A stretch of 64,000 nt of DNA, taken from contig OZ024740.1 in the NCBI GenBank assembly GCA_964016885.1, forward strand, positions 431,892,001 to 431,956,000, in the 5' to 3' direction. A program made the position numbers and the translations under genes. Every line of letters begins with the position of its first letter. The stretch's first letter is position 1. This DNA comes from Eledone cirrhosa. Its lineage: Eukaryota. The notes beneath the pieces were generated by a model. That model did no database searches, was not told the DNA's origin, and worked only from the letters and a program-made list of their open reading frames with translations. Below are positions 1 to 14,639 of this stretch, one piece after another.

Positions 1-780
1 CTGATAGTACGACATATACTAGTTAAAGATAAACACCTGATAGTACCACAGATATACTAGTTAAAGATGAAAACCTGATAGTACGACAGATATACTAGTT
101 AAAGATAAACACGTGATAGTACCACAGATATACTAGTTAGAGATGAAAACCTGATAGTACCACATATACTAGTTAAAGATGAACACCTCATATACTAGTT
201 AAAGATGAACATCTGATAGTACCACAGATATACTAGTTAAAGATGAACACCTGATAGTAATCACAGATATACTAGTTACAGATGAACACCTCATATACTA
301 GTTAAAGATAAACACCTGATAGTCCCACAGATATACTAGTTAAAGATGAACACCTCTTATACTAGTTAAAGATAAACACCTGATAGTACCACAGATATAC
401 TAGTTAAAGATAAACACGTGATAGTACCACAGATATACTAGTTAGAGATGAAAACCTGATAGTACCACATATACTAGTTAAAGATAAACACCTGATAGTC
501 CCACAGATATACTAGTTAAAGATGAACACCTCATATACTAGTTAAAGATGAACACCTGATAATACCACAGATATACTAGTTAAAGATGAACACCTGATAG
601 TACCACAGATATACTAGTTAAAGATGAACGCCTGATAGTACCACAGATATACTAGTTAAAGATGAACACCTGATAGTACCATAGATATACTAGTTAAAGA
701 TGAACACCTGATAGTACCACAGATATACTAGTTAAAGATAAACACCTGATAGTACCACAGATATACTAGTTAAAGATAAA

Positions 781-1098
781 CACGTGATAGTACCAGAGAT
801 ATACTAGTTAAAGATGGACACCTGATAGTAGCACATATATACTAGTTAAAGATGAACACCTCATATACTAGTTAAATATGAAAACCTGATAGTACCACAA
901 ATATACTAGTTAAAAATGAACACCGGATATTACCACAGATATACTAGTTAAAGATGTACCACAGATATACTAGTTAAAGATGAACACCTGACAGTACCAC
1001 AGATATACTAGTTAAAGATGAACACCTGATAGGACCACAGATATACTGGTTAAAGATGAACACCTGATGGTACCACAGATATACTAGTTAAAGATGAA
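781..1098. repeat. Representative copy of an ordered 8-9-monomer higher-order cassette (relic HOR)
   Basis: The variants come in a fixed order: CACGTG..GTACCAGAG / GGACACC..GTAGCACATATATAC / CTCATATAC (26) / AAATATGAAAACC..CCACAAAT / AAAATGAACACCGGATATTACC / GATGTACC (26) / CTGACAGT / ATAGGACC..CTGGTT / CTGATGG. From 781 to 1061 is 280 bp = 6x38 + 2x26. The cassette recurs whole or truncated near 2821, 5721, 7491, 9101, 10731, 11681, 13391, 18721, 20531, 22201, 24281, 26271, 28521, 32961, 39731, 48431, 50361, 52691, 54871, 56621, 58031 and 60891. Confidence 0.93.
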
Positions 1099-3479
1099 CA
1101 CCTGATAGTACCACAGATATACTAGTTAAAGATGAACGCCTGATAGTATCACAGATATACTAGTTAAAGATGAACACCTGATAGTACCACATATACTAGT
1201 TAAAGATAAACACCTGATAGTACCACAAATATACTAGTTAAAGATGAACACCTCATATACTAGTTAAAGATAAACACCTGATAGTACCACAGATATACTA
1301 GTTAAAGATAAACACCTCATATCCTAGTTAAAGATGAACGCCTGATAGTACCACAGATATACTAGTTAAAGATAAACACGTGATAGTACCACAGATATAC
1401 TAGTTAAAGATGAATGCCTGATAGTACCACAGATATACTAGTTAAAGATAAACACCTGATAGTACCACAGATATACTAGTTAAAGATGAAAACCTGATAG
1501 TACGACATATATACTAGTTAAAGATAAACACGTGATAGTACCACAGATATACTAGTTAGAGATGAAAACCTGATAGTACCACATATACTAGTTAAAGATA
1601 AACACCTGATAGTCCCACAGATATACTAGTTAAAGATGAACACCTCATATACTAGTTAAAGATAAACACCTGATAGTACCACAGATATACTAGTTAAAGA
1701 TGAACACCTCATATACTAGTTAAAGATAAACACCTGATAGTACCACAGATATACTAGTTAAAGATAAACACGTGATAGTACCACAGATATACTAGTTAAA
1801 GATGAATGCCTGATAGTACCACAGATTTACTAGTTAAAGATGAACACCTCATATCCTAGTTAAAGATGAACATCTGATAGTACCACAGATATACTAGTTA
1901 AAGATGAACACCTGATAGTAATCACAGATATACTAGTTAAAGATGAACACCTCATATACTAGTTAAAGATAAACACCTGATAGTCCCACAGATATACTAG
2001 TTAAAGATGAACACCTCATATACTAGTTAAAGATAAACACCTGATAGTACCACAGATATACTAGTTAAAGATAAACACATGATAGTACCACAGATATACT
2101 AGTTAGAGATGAAAACCTGATAGTACCACATATACTAGTTAAAGATAAACACCTGATAGTCCCACAGATATACTAGTTAAAGATGAACACCTCATATACT
2201 AGTTAAAGATAAACACCTGATAGTACCACAGATATACTAGTTAAAGATGAATGCCTGATAGTACCACAGATTTACTAGTTAAAGATGAACACCTCATATC
2301 CTAGTTAAAGATGAACATCTGATAGTACCACAGATATACTAGTTAAAGATGAACACCTGATAGTATCACAGATATACTAGTTAAAGATGAACACCTGATA
2401 CTACCACAGAGATACTAGTTAAAGATGAACACCAGATAAACAAGTTAAAGATAAACGCCTGATAGTACCACAGATATACTAGTTAAAGATCAACACCTGA
2501 TAGTACCACACATACTAGTTAAAGATGAACACCTGATAGTACCACAGATATACTAGTTAAAGATGAACACCAGATAAACTAGTTAAAGATGAACACCTGA
2601 TAATACCACAGATATACTAGTTAAAGATGAACACCTGATAATACCACAGATATACTAGTTAAAGATGAACGCCTGATAGTACCACAGATATACTAGTTAA
2701 AGATGAACACCTGATAGTACCATAGATATACTAGTTAAAGATGAACACCTGATAGTACCACAGATATACTAGTTAAAGATAAACACCTGATAGTACCACA
2801 GATATACTAGTTAAAGATAAACACGTGATAGTACCAGAGATATACTAGTTAAAGATGGACACCTGATAGTAGCACATATATACTAGTTAAAGATGAACAC
2901 CTCATATACTAGTTAAATATGAAAACCTGATAGTACCACAAATATACTAGTTAAAAATGAACACCGGATATTACCACAGATATACTAGTTAAAGATGTAC
3001 CACAGATATACTAGTTAAAGATGAACACCTGATAGTACCACAGATATACTAGTTAAAGATGAACGCCTTATAGTATCACAGATATACTAGTTAAAGATGA
3101 ACACCTGATAGTACGACAGATATACTAGTTAAAGATAAACACCTGATAGTCCCAGATATACTAGTTAAATATCAAAACCTGATAGTACCACAGATATACT
3201 AGTTAAAGATGAACACCTGATAGTACCACATATACTAGTTAAAGATAAACACCTGATAGTACCACAGATATACTAGTTAAAGATGAACACCTCATATACT
3301 AGTTAAAGATAAACACCTGATAGTACCACAGATATACTAGTTAATGATGAACACCTGATAGTACCACAGATATACTAGTTAAAGATAAACACCTCATATC
3401 CTAGTTAAAGATGAACGCCTGATAGTACCACAGATATACTAGTTAAAGATAAACACGTGATAGTACCACAGATATACTA

Positions 3480-5600
3480 GTTAAAGATGAATGCCTGATA
3501 GTACCACAGATATACTAGTTAAAGATGAACACCTGATAGTACCACAGATATACTAGTTAAAGATAAACACCTGATAATACCATAGATATACTAGTTAAAG
3601 ATGAACACCTGATAGTACCACAGATATACTAGTTAAAGATAAACACGTGATAGTACCAGAGATATACTAGTTAAAGATGAACACCTCATATACTAGTTAA
3701 ACATGAAAACCTGATAGTACCACAAATATACTAGTTAAAAATGAACACCGGATATTACCATAGATATACTGGTTAAAGATGTACCACAGATATACTAGTT
3801 AAAGATGAACACCTGACAGTACCACAGATATACTAGTTAAAGATGAACACCTGATATACTAGTTAAAGATGAACACCTGACAGTACCACAGATATACTGG
3901 TTAAAGATAAACACGTGATAGCACCAGAGATATACTAGTTAAAGATAAACACCTGATAGTAGCACAGATATACTAGTTAAAGATGAACACCTGATAGTAC
4001 GACAGATATACTAGTTAAAGATGAACACCTGATAGTACGACAGATATACTAGTTAAAGATAAACACCTGATAGTACGACAGATATACTAGTTAAAGATAA
4101 ACACCTGATAGTACGACAGATATACTAGTTAAAGATAAACACCTGATAGTCCCACAGATATACTAGTTAGAGATGAAAACCTGATAGTAACACAGATATA
4201 CTAGTTAAAGATAAACACCTGATAGTACCACAGATATACTAGTTAAAGATAAACACCTGATAGTATGACATATACTAGTTAAAGATAAACACCTGATAGT
4301 CCCACAGATATACTAGTTAAAGATGAACACCTCATATACTAGTTAAAGATAAACACCTGATAGTACCACATATACTAGTTAAAGATAAACACCTGATAGT
4401 ACGACAGATATACTAGTTAAAGATAAACACCTGATAGTCCCACAGATATACTAGTTAAAGATAAACACGTGATAGTACCAGAGATATACTAGTTAAAGAT
4501 GAATGCCTGATAGTACCACAGATATACTAGTTAAAGATGAACACCTCATATCCTAGTTAAAGATGAACGCCTAATAGTACCACAGATATACTAGTTAAAG
4601 ATGAACACCTGATAGTACCACAGATATACTAGTTAAAGATAAACACCTGATAATACCATAGATATACTAGTTAAAGATGAACACCTGATAGTACCACAGA
4701 TATACTAGTTAAAGATAAACACGTGATAGTACCAGAGATATACTAGTTAAAGATGAACACCTCATATACTAGTTAAACATGAAAACCTGATAGTACCACA
4801 AATATACTAGTTAAAAATGAACACCGGATATTACCATAGATATACTGGTTAAAGATGTACCACAGATATACTAGTTAAAGATGAACACCTGACAGTACCA
4901 CAGATATACTAGTTAAAGATGAACACCTGATATACTAGTTAAAGATGAACACCTGACAGTACCACAGATATACTGGTTAAAGATAAACACGTGATAGCAC
5001 CAGAGATATACTAGTTAAAGATAAACACCTGATAGTAGCACAGATATACTAGTTAAAGATGAACACCTGATAGTACGACAGATATACTAGTTAAAGATGA
5101 ACACCTGATAGTACGACAGATATACTAGTTAAAGATAAACACCTGATAGTACGACAGATATACTAGTTAAAGATAAACACCTGATAGTACGACAGATATA
5201 CTAGTTAAAGATAAACACCTGATAGTACGACAGATATACTAGTTAAAGATAAACACCTGATAGTCCCACAGATATACTAGTTAGAGATGAAAACCTGATA
5301 GTAACACAGATATACTAGTTAAAGATAAACACCTGATAGTACCACAGATATACTAGTTAAAGATAAACACCTGATAGTATGACATATACTAGTTAAAGAT
5401 AAACACCTGATAGTCCCACAGATATACTAGTTAAAGATGAACACCTCATATACTAGTTAAAGATAAACACCTGATAGTACCACATATACTAGTTAAAGAT
5501 AAACACCTGATAGTACGACAGATATACTAGTTAAAGATAAACACCTGATAGTCCCACAGATATACTAGTTAAAGATAAACACGTGATAGTACCAGAGATA
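3480..5600. repeat. Tandem duplication of a ~1.08-1.11 kb multi-monomer block
   Basis: Marker ACATGAAAAC is at 3701 and 4777 (offset 1076). Marker GTAACAC is at 4187 and 5301 (offset 1114 = 1076 + one extra 38-mer). Boundaries are approximate. Confidence 0.88.
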
Positions 5601-8600
5601 TACTAGTTAAAGATGGACACCTGATAGTAGCACATATATACTAGTTAAAGATGAACACCTCATATACTAGTTAAAGATAACCACCTGATAGTACCACAGA
5701 TATACTAGTTAAAGATAAACACGTGATAGTACCAGAGATATACTAGTTAAAGATGGACACCTGATAGTAGCACATATATACTAGTTAAAGATGAACACCT
5801 CATATACTAGTTAAATATGAAAACCTGATAGTACCACAAATATACTAGTTAAAAATGAACACCGGATATTACCACAGATATACTAGTTAAAGATGTACCA
5901 CAGATATACTAGTTAAAGATGTACACCTGACAGTACCACAGATATACTAGTTAAAGATGAACACCTGATAGGACCACAGATATACTGGTTAAAGATGAAC
6001 ACCTGATGGTACGACAGATATACTAGTTAAAGATAAAAACCTGATATACTAGTTAAAGATGAACACCTGATAGTACCACAGATATACTAGTTAAAGATGA
6101 ACGCCTGATAGTATCACAGATATACTAGTTAAAGATGAACACCTGATAGTACGAGAGATATACTAGTTAAAGATAAACACCTGATAGTCCCAGATATACT
6201 AGTTAAATATCAAAACCTGATAGTACCACAGATATACTAGTTAAAGATGAACACCTGATAGTACCACATATACTAGTTAAAGATAAACACCTGATAGTAC
6301 CACAGATATACTAGTTAAAGATGAACACCTCATATACTAGTTAAAGATAAACACCTGATAGTACCACAGATATACTAGTTAATGATGAACACCTGATAGT
6401 ACCACAGATATACTAGTTAAAGATAAACACCTCATATCCTAGTTAAAGATGAACGCCTGATAGTACCACAGATATACTAGTTAAAGATAAACACGTGATA
6501 GTACCACAGATATACTAGTTAAAGATGAATGCCTGATAGTACCACAGATATACTAGTTAAAGATGAACACCTCATATCCTAGTTAAAGATGAACGCCTGA
6601 TAGTACCACAGATATACTAGTTAAAGATAAACACCTGATAATACCATAGATATACTAGTTAAAGATGAACACCTGATAGTACCACAGATATACTAGTTAA
6701 AGATGAACACCTCATATACTAGTTAAACATGAAAACCTGATAGTACCACAAATATACTAGTTAAAAATGAACACCGGATATTACCATAGATATACTGGTT
6801 AAAGATGTACCACAGATATACTAGTTAAAGATGAACACCTGACAGTACCACAGATATACTAGTTAAAGACGAACACCTGATATACTAGTTAAAGATGAAC
6901 ACCTGACAGTACCACAGATATACTGGTTAAAGATAAACACGTGATAGCACCAGAGATATACTAGTTAAAGATAAACACCTGATAGTAGCACAGATATACT
7001 AGTTAAAGATGAACACCTGATAGTACGACAGATATACTAGTTAAAGATGAACACCTGATAGTACGACAGATATACTAGTTAAAGATAAACACCTGATAGT
7101 ACGACAGATATACTAGTTAAAGATAAACACCTGATAGTACGACAGATATACTAGTTAAAGATAAACACCTGATAGTACGACAGATATACTAGTTAAAGAT
7201 AAACACCTGATAGTCCCACAGATATACTAGTTAAAGATCAACACCTGATAGTACCACACATACTAGTTAAAGATGAACACCTGATAGTACCACAGATATA
7301 CTAGTTAAAGATGAACACCAGATAAACTAGTTAAAGATGAACACCTGATAATACCACAGATATACTAGTTAAAGATGAACACCTGATAGTACCACAGATA
7401 TACTAGTTAAAGATGAACGCCTGATAGTACCACAGATATACTAGTTAAAGATAAACACCTGATAGTACCACAGATATACTAGTTAAAGATAAACACGTGA
7501 TAGTACCAGAGATATACTAGTTAAAGATGGACACCTGATAGTAGCACATATATACTAGTTAAAGATGAACACCTCATATACTAGTTAAATATGAAAACCA
7601 GATAGTACCACAAATATACTAGTTAAAAATGAACACCGGATATTACCACAGATATACTAGTTAAAGATGTACCACAGATATACTAGTTAAAGATGAACAC
7701 CTGACAGTACCACAGATATACTAGTTAAAGATGAACACCTGATAGGACCAGAGATATACTGGTTAAAGATGAACACCTGATGGTACGACAGATATACTAG
7801 TTAAAGATGAACACCTGATAGTACCACAGATATACTAGTTAAAGATGAACACCTGATAGTACCACAGATATACTAGTTAAAGATGAACGCCTGATAGTAT
7901 CACAGATATACTAGTTAAAGATGAACACCTCATATACTAGTTAAAGATAAACACCTGATAGTCCCAGATATACTAGTTAAATATCAAAATCTGATAGTAC
8001 CACAGATATACTAGTTAAAGATAAACACCTGATAGTACCACATATACTAGTTAAAGATAAACACCTGATAGTACCACAGATATACTAGTTAAAGATGAAC
8101 ACCTCATATACTAGTTAAAGATAAACACCTGATAGTACCACAGATATACTAGTTAATGATGAACACCTGATAGTACCACAGATATACTAGTTAAAGATAA
8201 ACACCTCATATCCTAGTTAAAGATGAACGCCTGATAGTACCACAGATATACTAGTTAAAGATAAACACGTGATAGTACCACAGATATACTAGTTAAAGAT
8301 GAATGCCTGATAGTACCACAGATATACTAGTTAAAGATAAACACCTGATAGTACGACATATACTAGTTAAAGATAAACACCTGATAGTACCACAGATATA
8401 CTAGTTAAAGATGAAAACCTGATAGTACGACAGATATACTAGTTAAAGATAAACACGTGATAGTACCACAGATATACTAGTTAGAGATGAAAACCTGATA
8501 GTACCACATATACTAGTTAAAGATGAACACCTCATATACTAGTTAAAGATGAACATCTGATAGTACCACAGATATACTAGTTAAAGATGAACACCTGATA

Positions 8601-11600
8601 GTAATCACAGATATACTAGTTACAGATGAACACCTCATATACTAGTTAAAGATAAACACCTGATAGTCCCACAGATATACTAGTTAAAGATAAACACCTG
8701 ATAGTACCACAGATATACTAGTTAAAGATAAACACGTGATAGTACCACAGATATACTAGTTAGAGATGAAAACCTGATAGTACCACATATACTAGTTAAA
8801 GATAAGCACCTGATAGTCCCACAGATATACTAGTTAAAGATGAACACCTCATATACTAGTTAAAGATGAACACCTGATAATACCACAGATATACTAGTTA
8901 AAGATGAACACCTGATAGTACCACAGATATACTAGTTAAAGATGAACGCCTGATAGTACCACAGATATACTAGTTAAAGATGAACACCTGATAGTACCAT
9001 AGATATACTAGTTAAAGATGAACACCTGATAGTACCACAGATATACTAGTTAAAGATAAACACCTGATAGTACCACAGATATACTAGTTAAAGATAAACA
9101 CGTGATAGTACCAGAGATATACTAGTTAAAGATGGACACCTGATAGTAGCACATATATACTAGTTAAAGATGAACACCTCATATACTAGTTAAATATGAA
9201 AACCTGATAGTACCACAAATATACTAGTTAAAAATGAACACCGGATATTACCACAGATATACTAGTTAAAGATGTACCACAGATATACTAGTTAAAGATG
9301 AACACCTGATAGGACCACAGATATACTGGTTAAAGATGAACACCTGATGGTACCACAGATATACTAGTTAAAGATGAACACCTGATAGTACCACAGATAT
9401 ACTAGTTAAAGATGAACGCCTGATAGTATCACAGATATACTAGTTAAAGATGAACACCTGATAGTACCACATATACTAGTTAAAGATAAACACCTAATAG
9501 TACCACAAATATACTAGTTAAAGATGAACACCTCATATACTAGTTAAAGATAAACACCTGATAGTACCACAGATATACTAGTTAAAGATAAACACCTCAT
9601 ATCCTAGTTAAAGATGAACGCCTGATAGTACCACAGATATACTAGTTAAAGATAAACACGTGATAGTACCACAGATATACTAGTTAAAGATGAATGCCTG
9701 ATAGTACCACAGATATACTAGTTAAAGATAAACACCTGATAGTACCACAGATATACTAGTTAAAGATGAAAACCTGATAGTACGACATATATACTAGTTA
9801 AAGATAAACACGTGATAGTACCACAGATATACTAGTTAGAGATGAAAACCTGATAGTACCACATATACTAGTTAAAGATAAACACCTGATAGTCCAACAG
9901 ATATACTAGTTAAAGATGAACACCTCATATACTAGTTAAAGATAAACACCTGATAGTACCACAGATATACTAGTTAAAGATAAACACATGATAGTACCAC
10001 AGATATACTAGTTAGAGATGAAAACCTGATAGTACCACATATACTAGTTAAAGATAAACACCTGATAGTCCCACAGATATACTAGTTAAAGATGAACACC
10101 TCATATACTAGTTAAAGATAAACACCTGATAGTACCACAGATATACTAGTTAAAGATGAATGCCTGATAGTACCACAGATTTACTAGTTAAAGATGAACA
10201 CCTCATATCCTAGTTAAAGATGAACATCTGATAGTACCACAGATATACTAGTTAAAGATGAACACCTGATAGTAATCACAGATATACTAGTTAAAGATGA
10301 ACACCTGATAGTATCACAGATATACTAGTTAAAGATGAACACCTGATACTACCACAGAGATACTAGTTAAAGATGAACACCAGATAAACAAGTTAAAGAT
10401 AAACGCCTGATAGTACCACAGATATACTAGTTAAAGATCAACACCTGATAGTACCACACATACTAGTTAAAGATGAACACCTGATAGTACCACAGATATA
10501 CTAGTTAAAGATGAACACCAGATAAACTAGTTAAAGATGAACACCTGATAATACGACAGATATACTAGTTAAAGATGAACACCTGATAGTACCACAGATA
10601 TACTAGTTAAAGATGAACGCCTGATAGTACCACAGATATACTAGTTAAAGATGAACACCTGATAGTACCATAGATATACTAGTTAAAGATGAACACCGGA
10701 TAGTACCACAGATATACTAGTTAAAGATAAACACGTGATAGTACCAGAGATATACTAGTTAAAGATGGACACCTGATAGTAGCACATATATACTAGTTAA
10801 AGATGAACACCTCATATACTAGTTAAATATGAAAACCTGATAGTACCACAAATATACTAGTTAAAAATGAACACCGGATATTACCACAGATATACTAGTT
10901 AAAGATGTACCACAGATATACTAGTTAAAGATGAACACCTGACAGTACCACAGATATACTAGTTAAAGATGAACACCTGATAGGACCACAGATATACTGG
11001 TTAAAGATGAACACCTGATGGTACGACAGATATACTAGTTAAAGATAAAAACCTGATATACTAGTTAAAGATGAACACCTGATAGTACCACAGATATACT
11101 AGTTAAAGATGAACGCCTGATAGTATCACAGATATACTAGTTAAAGATGAACACCTGATAGTACGACAGATATACTAGTTAAAGATAAACACCTGATAGT
11201 CCCAGATATACTAGTTAAATATCAAAACCTGATAGTACCACAGATATACTAGTTAAAGATGAACACCTGATAGTCCCACATATACTAGTTAAAGATAAAC
11301 ACCTGATAGTACCACAGATATACTAGTTAAAGATGAACACCTCATATACTAGTTAAAGATAAACACCTGATAGTACCACAGATATACTAGTTAATGATGA
11401 ACACCTGATAGTACCACAGATATACTAGTTAAAGATAAACACCTCATATCCTAGTTAAAGATGAACGCCTGATAGTACCACAGATATACTAGTTAAAGAT
11501 GAACACCAGATAAACTAGTTAAAGATGAACACCTGATAATACCACAGATATACTAGTTAAAGATGAACACCTGATAGTACCACAGATATACTAGTTAAAG

Positions 11601-12608
11601 ATGAACGCCTGATAGTACCACAGATATACTAGTTAAAGATAAACACCTGATAGTACCACAGATATACTAGTTAAAGATAAACACGTGATAGTACCAGAGA
11701 TATACTAGTTAAAGATGGACACCTGATAGTAGCACATATATACTAGTTAAAGATGAACACCTCATATACTAGTTAAATATGAAAACCAGATAGTACCACA
11801 AATATACTAGTTAAAAATGAACACCGGATATTACCACAGATATACTAGTTAAAGATGTACCACAGATATACTAGTTAAAGATGAACACCTGACAGTACCA
11901 CAGATATACTAGTTAAAGATGAACACCTGATAGGACCAGAGATATACTGGTTAAAGATGAACACCTGATGGTACGACAGATATACTAGTTAAAGATGAAC
12001 ACCTGATAGTACCACAGATATACTAGTTAAAGATGAACACCTGATAGTACCACAGATATACTAGTTAAAGATGAACGCCTGATAGTATCACAGATATACT
12101 AGTTAAAGATGAACACCTGATAGTACGACAGATATACTAGTTAAAGATAAACACCTGATAGTACCACAGATATACTAGTTAAAGATGAACACCTCATATA
12201 CTAGTTAAAGATAAACACCTGATAGTCCCAGATATACTAGTTAAATATCAAAATCTGATAGTACCACAGATATACTAGTTAAAGATAAACACCTGATAGT
12301 ACCACATATACTAGTTAAAGATAAACACCTGATAGTACCACAGATATACTAGTTAAAGATGAACACCTCATATACTAGTTAAAGATAAACACCTGATAGT
12401 ACCACAGATATACTAGTTAATGATGAACACCTGATAGTACCACAGATATACTAATTAAAGATAAACACCTCATATCCTAGTTAAAGATGAACGCCTGATA
12501 GTACCACAGATATACTAGTTAAAGATAAACACGTGATAGTACCACAGATATACTAGTTAAAGATGAATGCCTGATAGTACCACAGATATACTAGTTAAAG
12601 ATAAACAC

Positions 12609-14460
12609 CTGATAGTACGACATATACTAGTTAAAGATAAACACCTGATAGTACCACAGATATACTAGTTAAAGATGAAAACCTGATAGTACGACAGATA
12701 TACTAGTTAAAGATAAACACGTGATAGTACCACAGATATACTAGTTAGAGATGAAAACCTGATAGTACCACATATACTAGTTAAAGATGAACACCTCATA
12801 TACTAGTTAAAGATGAACATCTGATAGTACCACAGATATACTAGTTAAAGATGAACACCTGATAGTAATCACAGATATACTAGTTACAGATGAACACCTC
12901 ATATACTAGTTAAAGATAAACACCTGATAGTCCCACAGATATACTAGTTAAAGATGAACACCTCATATACTAGTTAAAGATAAACACCTGATAGTACCAC
13001 AGATATACTAGTTAAAGATAAACACGTGATAGTACCACAGATATACTAGTTAGAGATGAAAACCTGATAGTACCACATATACTAGTTAAAGATAAACACC
13101 TGATAGTCCCACAGATATACTAGTTAAAGATGAACACCTCATATACTAGTTAAAGATGAACACCTGATAATACCACAGATATACTAGTTAAAGATGAACA
13201 CCTGATAGTACCACAGATATACTAGTTAAAGATGAACGCCTGATAGTACCACAGATATACTAGTTAAAGATGAACACCTGATAGTACCATAGATATACTA
13301 GTTAAAGATGAACACCTGATAGTACCACAGATATACTAGTTAAAGATAAACACCTGATAGTACCACAGATATACTAGTTAAAGATAAACACGTGATAGTA
13401 CCAGAGATATACTAGTTAAAGATGGACACCTGATAGTAGCACATATATACTAGTTAAAGATGAACACCTCATATACTAGTTAAATATGAAAACCTGATAG
13501 TACCACAAATATACTAGTTAAAAATGAACACCGGATATTACCACAGATATACTAGTTAAAGATGTACCACAGATATACTAGTTAAAGATGAACACCTGAC
13601 AGTACCACAGATATACTAGTTAAAGATGAACACCTGATAGGACCACAGATATACTGGTTAAAGATGAACACCTGATGGTACCACAGATATACTAGTTAAA
13701 GATGAACAGCTGATAGTACCACAGATATACTAGTTAAAGATGAACGCCTGATAGTATCACAGATATACTAGTTAAAGATGAACACCTGATAGTACCACAT
13801 ATACTAGTTAAAGATAAACACCTGATAGTACCACAAATATACTAGTTAAAGATGAACACCTCATATACTAGTTAAAGATAAACACCTGATAGTACCACAG
13901 ATATACTAGTTAAAGATAAACACCTCATATCCTAGTTAAAGATGAACGCCTGATAGTACCACAGATATACTAGTTAAAGATAAACACGTGATAGTACCAC
14001 AGATATACTAGTTAAAGATGAATGCCTGATAGTACCACAGATATACTAGTTAAAGATAAACACCTGATAGTACCACAGATATACTAGTTAAAGATGAAAA
14101 CCTGATAGTACGACATATATACTAGTTAAAGATAAACACGTGATAGTACCACAGATATACTAGTTAGAGATGAAAACCTGATAGTACCACATATACTAGT
14201 TAAAGATAAACACCTGATAGTCCCACAGATATACTAGTTAAAGATGAACACCTCATATACTAGTTAAAGATAAACACCTGATAGTACCACAGATATACTA
14301 GTTAAAGATGAACACCTCATATACTAGTTAAAGATAAACACCTGATAGTACCACAGATATACTAGTTAAAGATAAACACGTGATAGTACCACAGATATAC
14401 TAGTTAAAGATGAATGCCTGATAGTACCACAGATTTACTAGTTAAAGATGAACACCTCAT
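12609..14460. repeat. Near-identical copy of positions 1-1852 (offset 12,608); related copies start at 8345 and 21464
   Basis: CTGATAGTACGACATATAC is at 1 and 12609, the rare ACTAGTTACAG at 271 and 12879 (also 8615), and GATGAATGCC at 1801 and 14409. All three give offset 12,608. Confidence 0.9.
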
Positions 14461-14639
14461 ATACTAGTTAAAGATAAACACCTGATAGTACCACAGATAT
14501 ACTAGTTAATGATGAACACCTGATAGTACCACAGATATACTAGTTAAAGATAAACACCTCATATCCTAGTTAAAGATGAACGCCTGATAGTACCACAGAT
14601 ATACTAGTTAAAGATAAACACGTGATAGTACCACAGATA

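Noticed and set aside
55-64. TACTAGTTAA resembles half of the E. coli trp operator (GTACTAGTTAACTAGTTCG)
   Set aside because: Only 10 bp match, the second ACTAGT half-site of the dyad is missing, and there is no bacterial gene context. Treated as coincidence.
61-64. TTAA in each monomer as piggyBac target or transposon footprint
   Set aside because: No terminal inverted repeats, inserted sequence or target-site duplication appears anywhere in the window.
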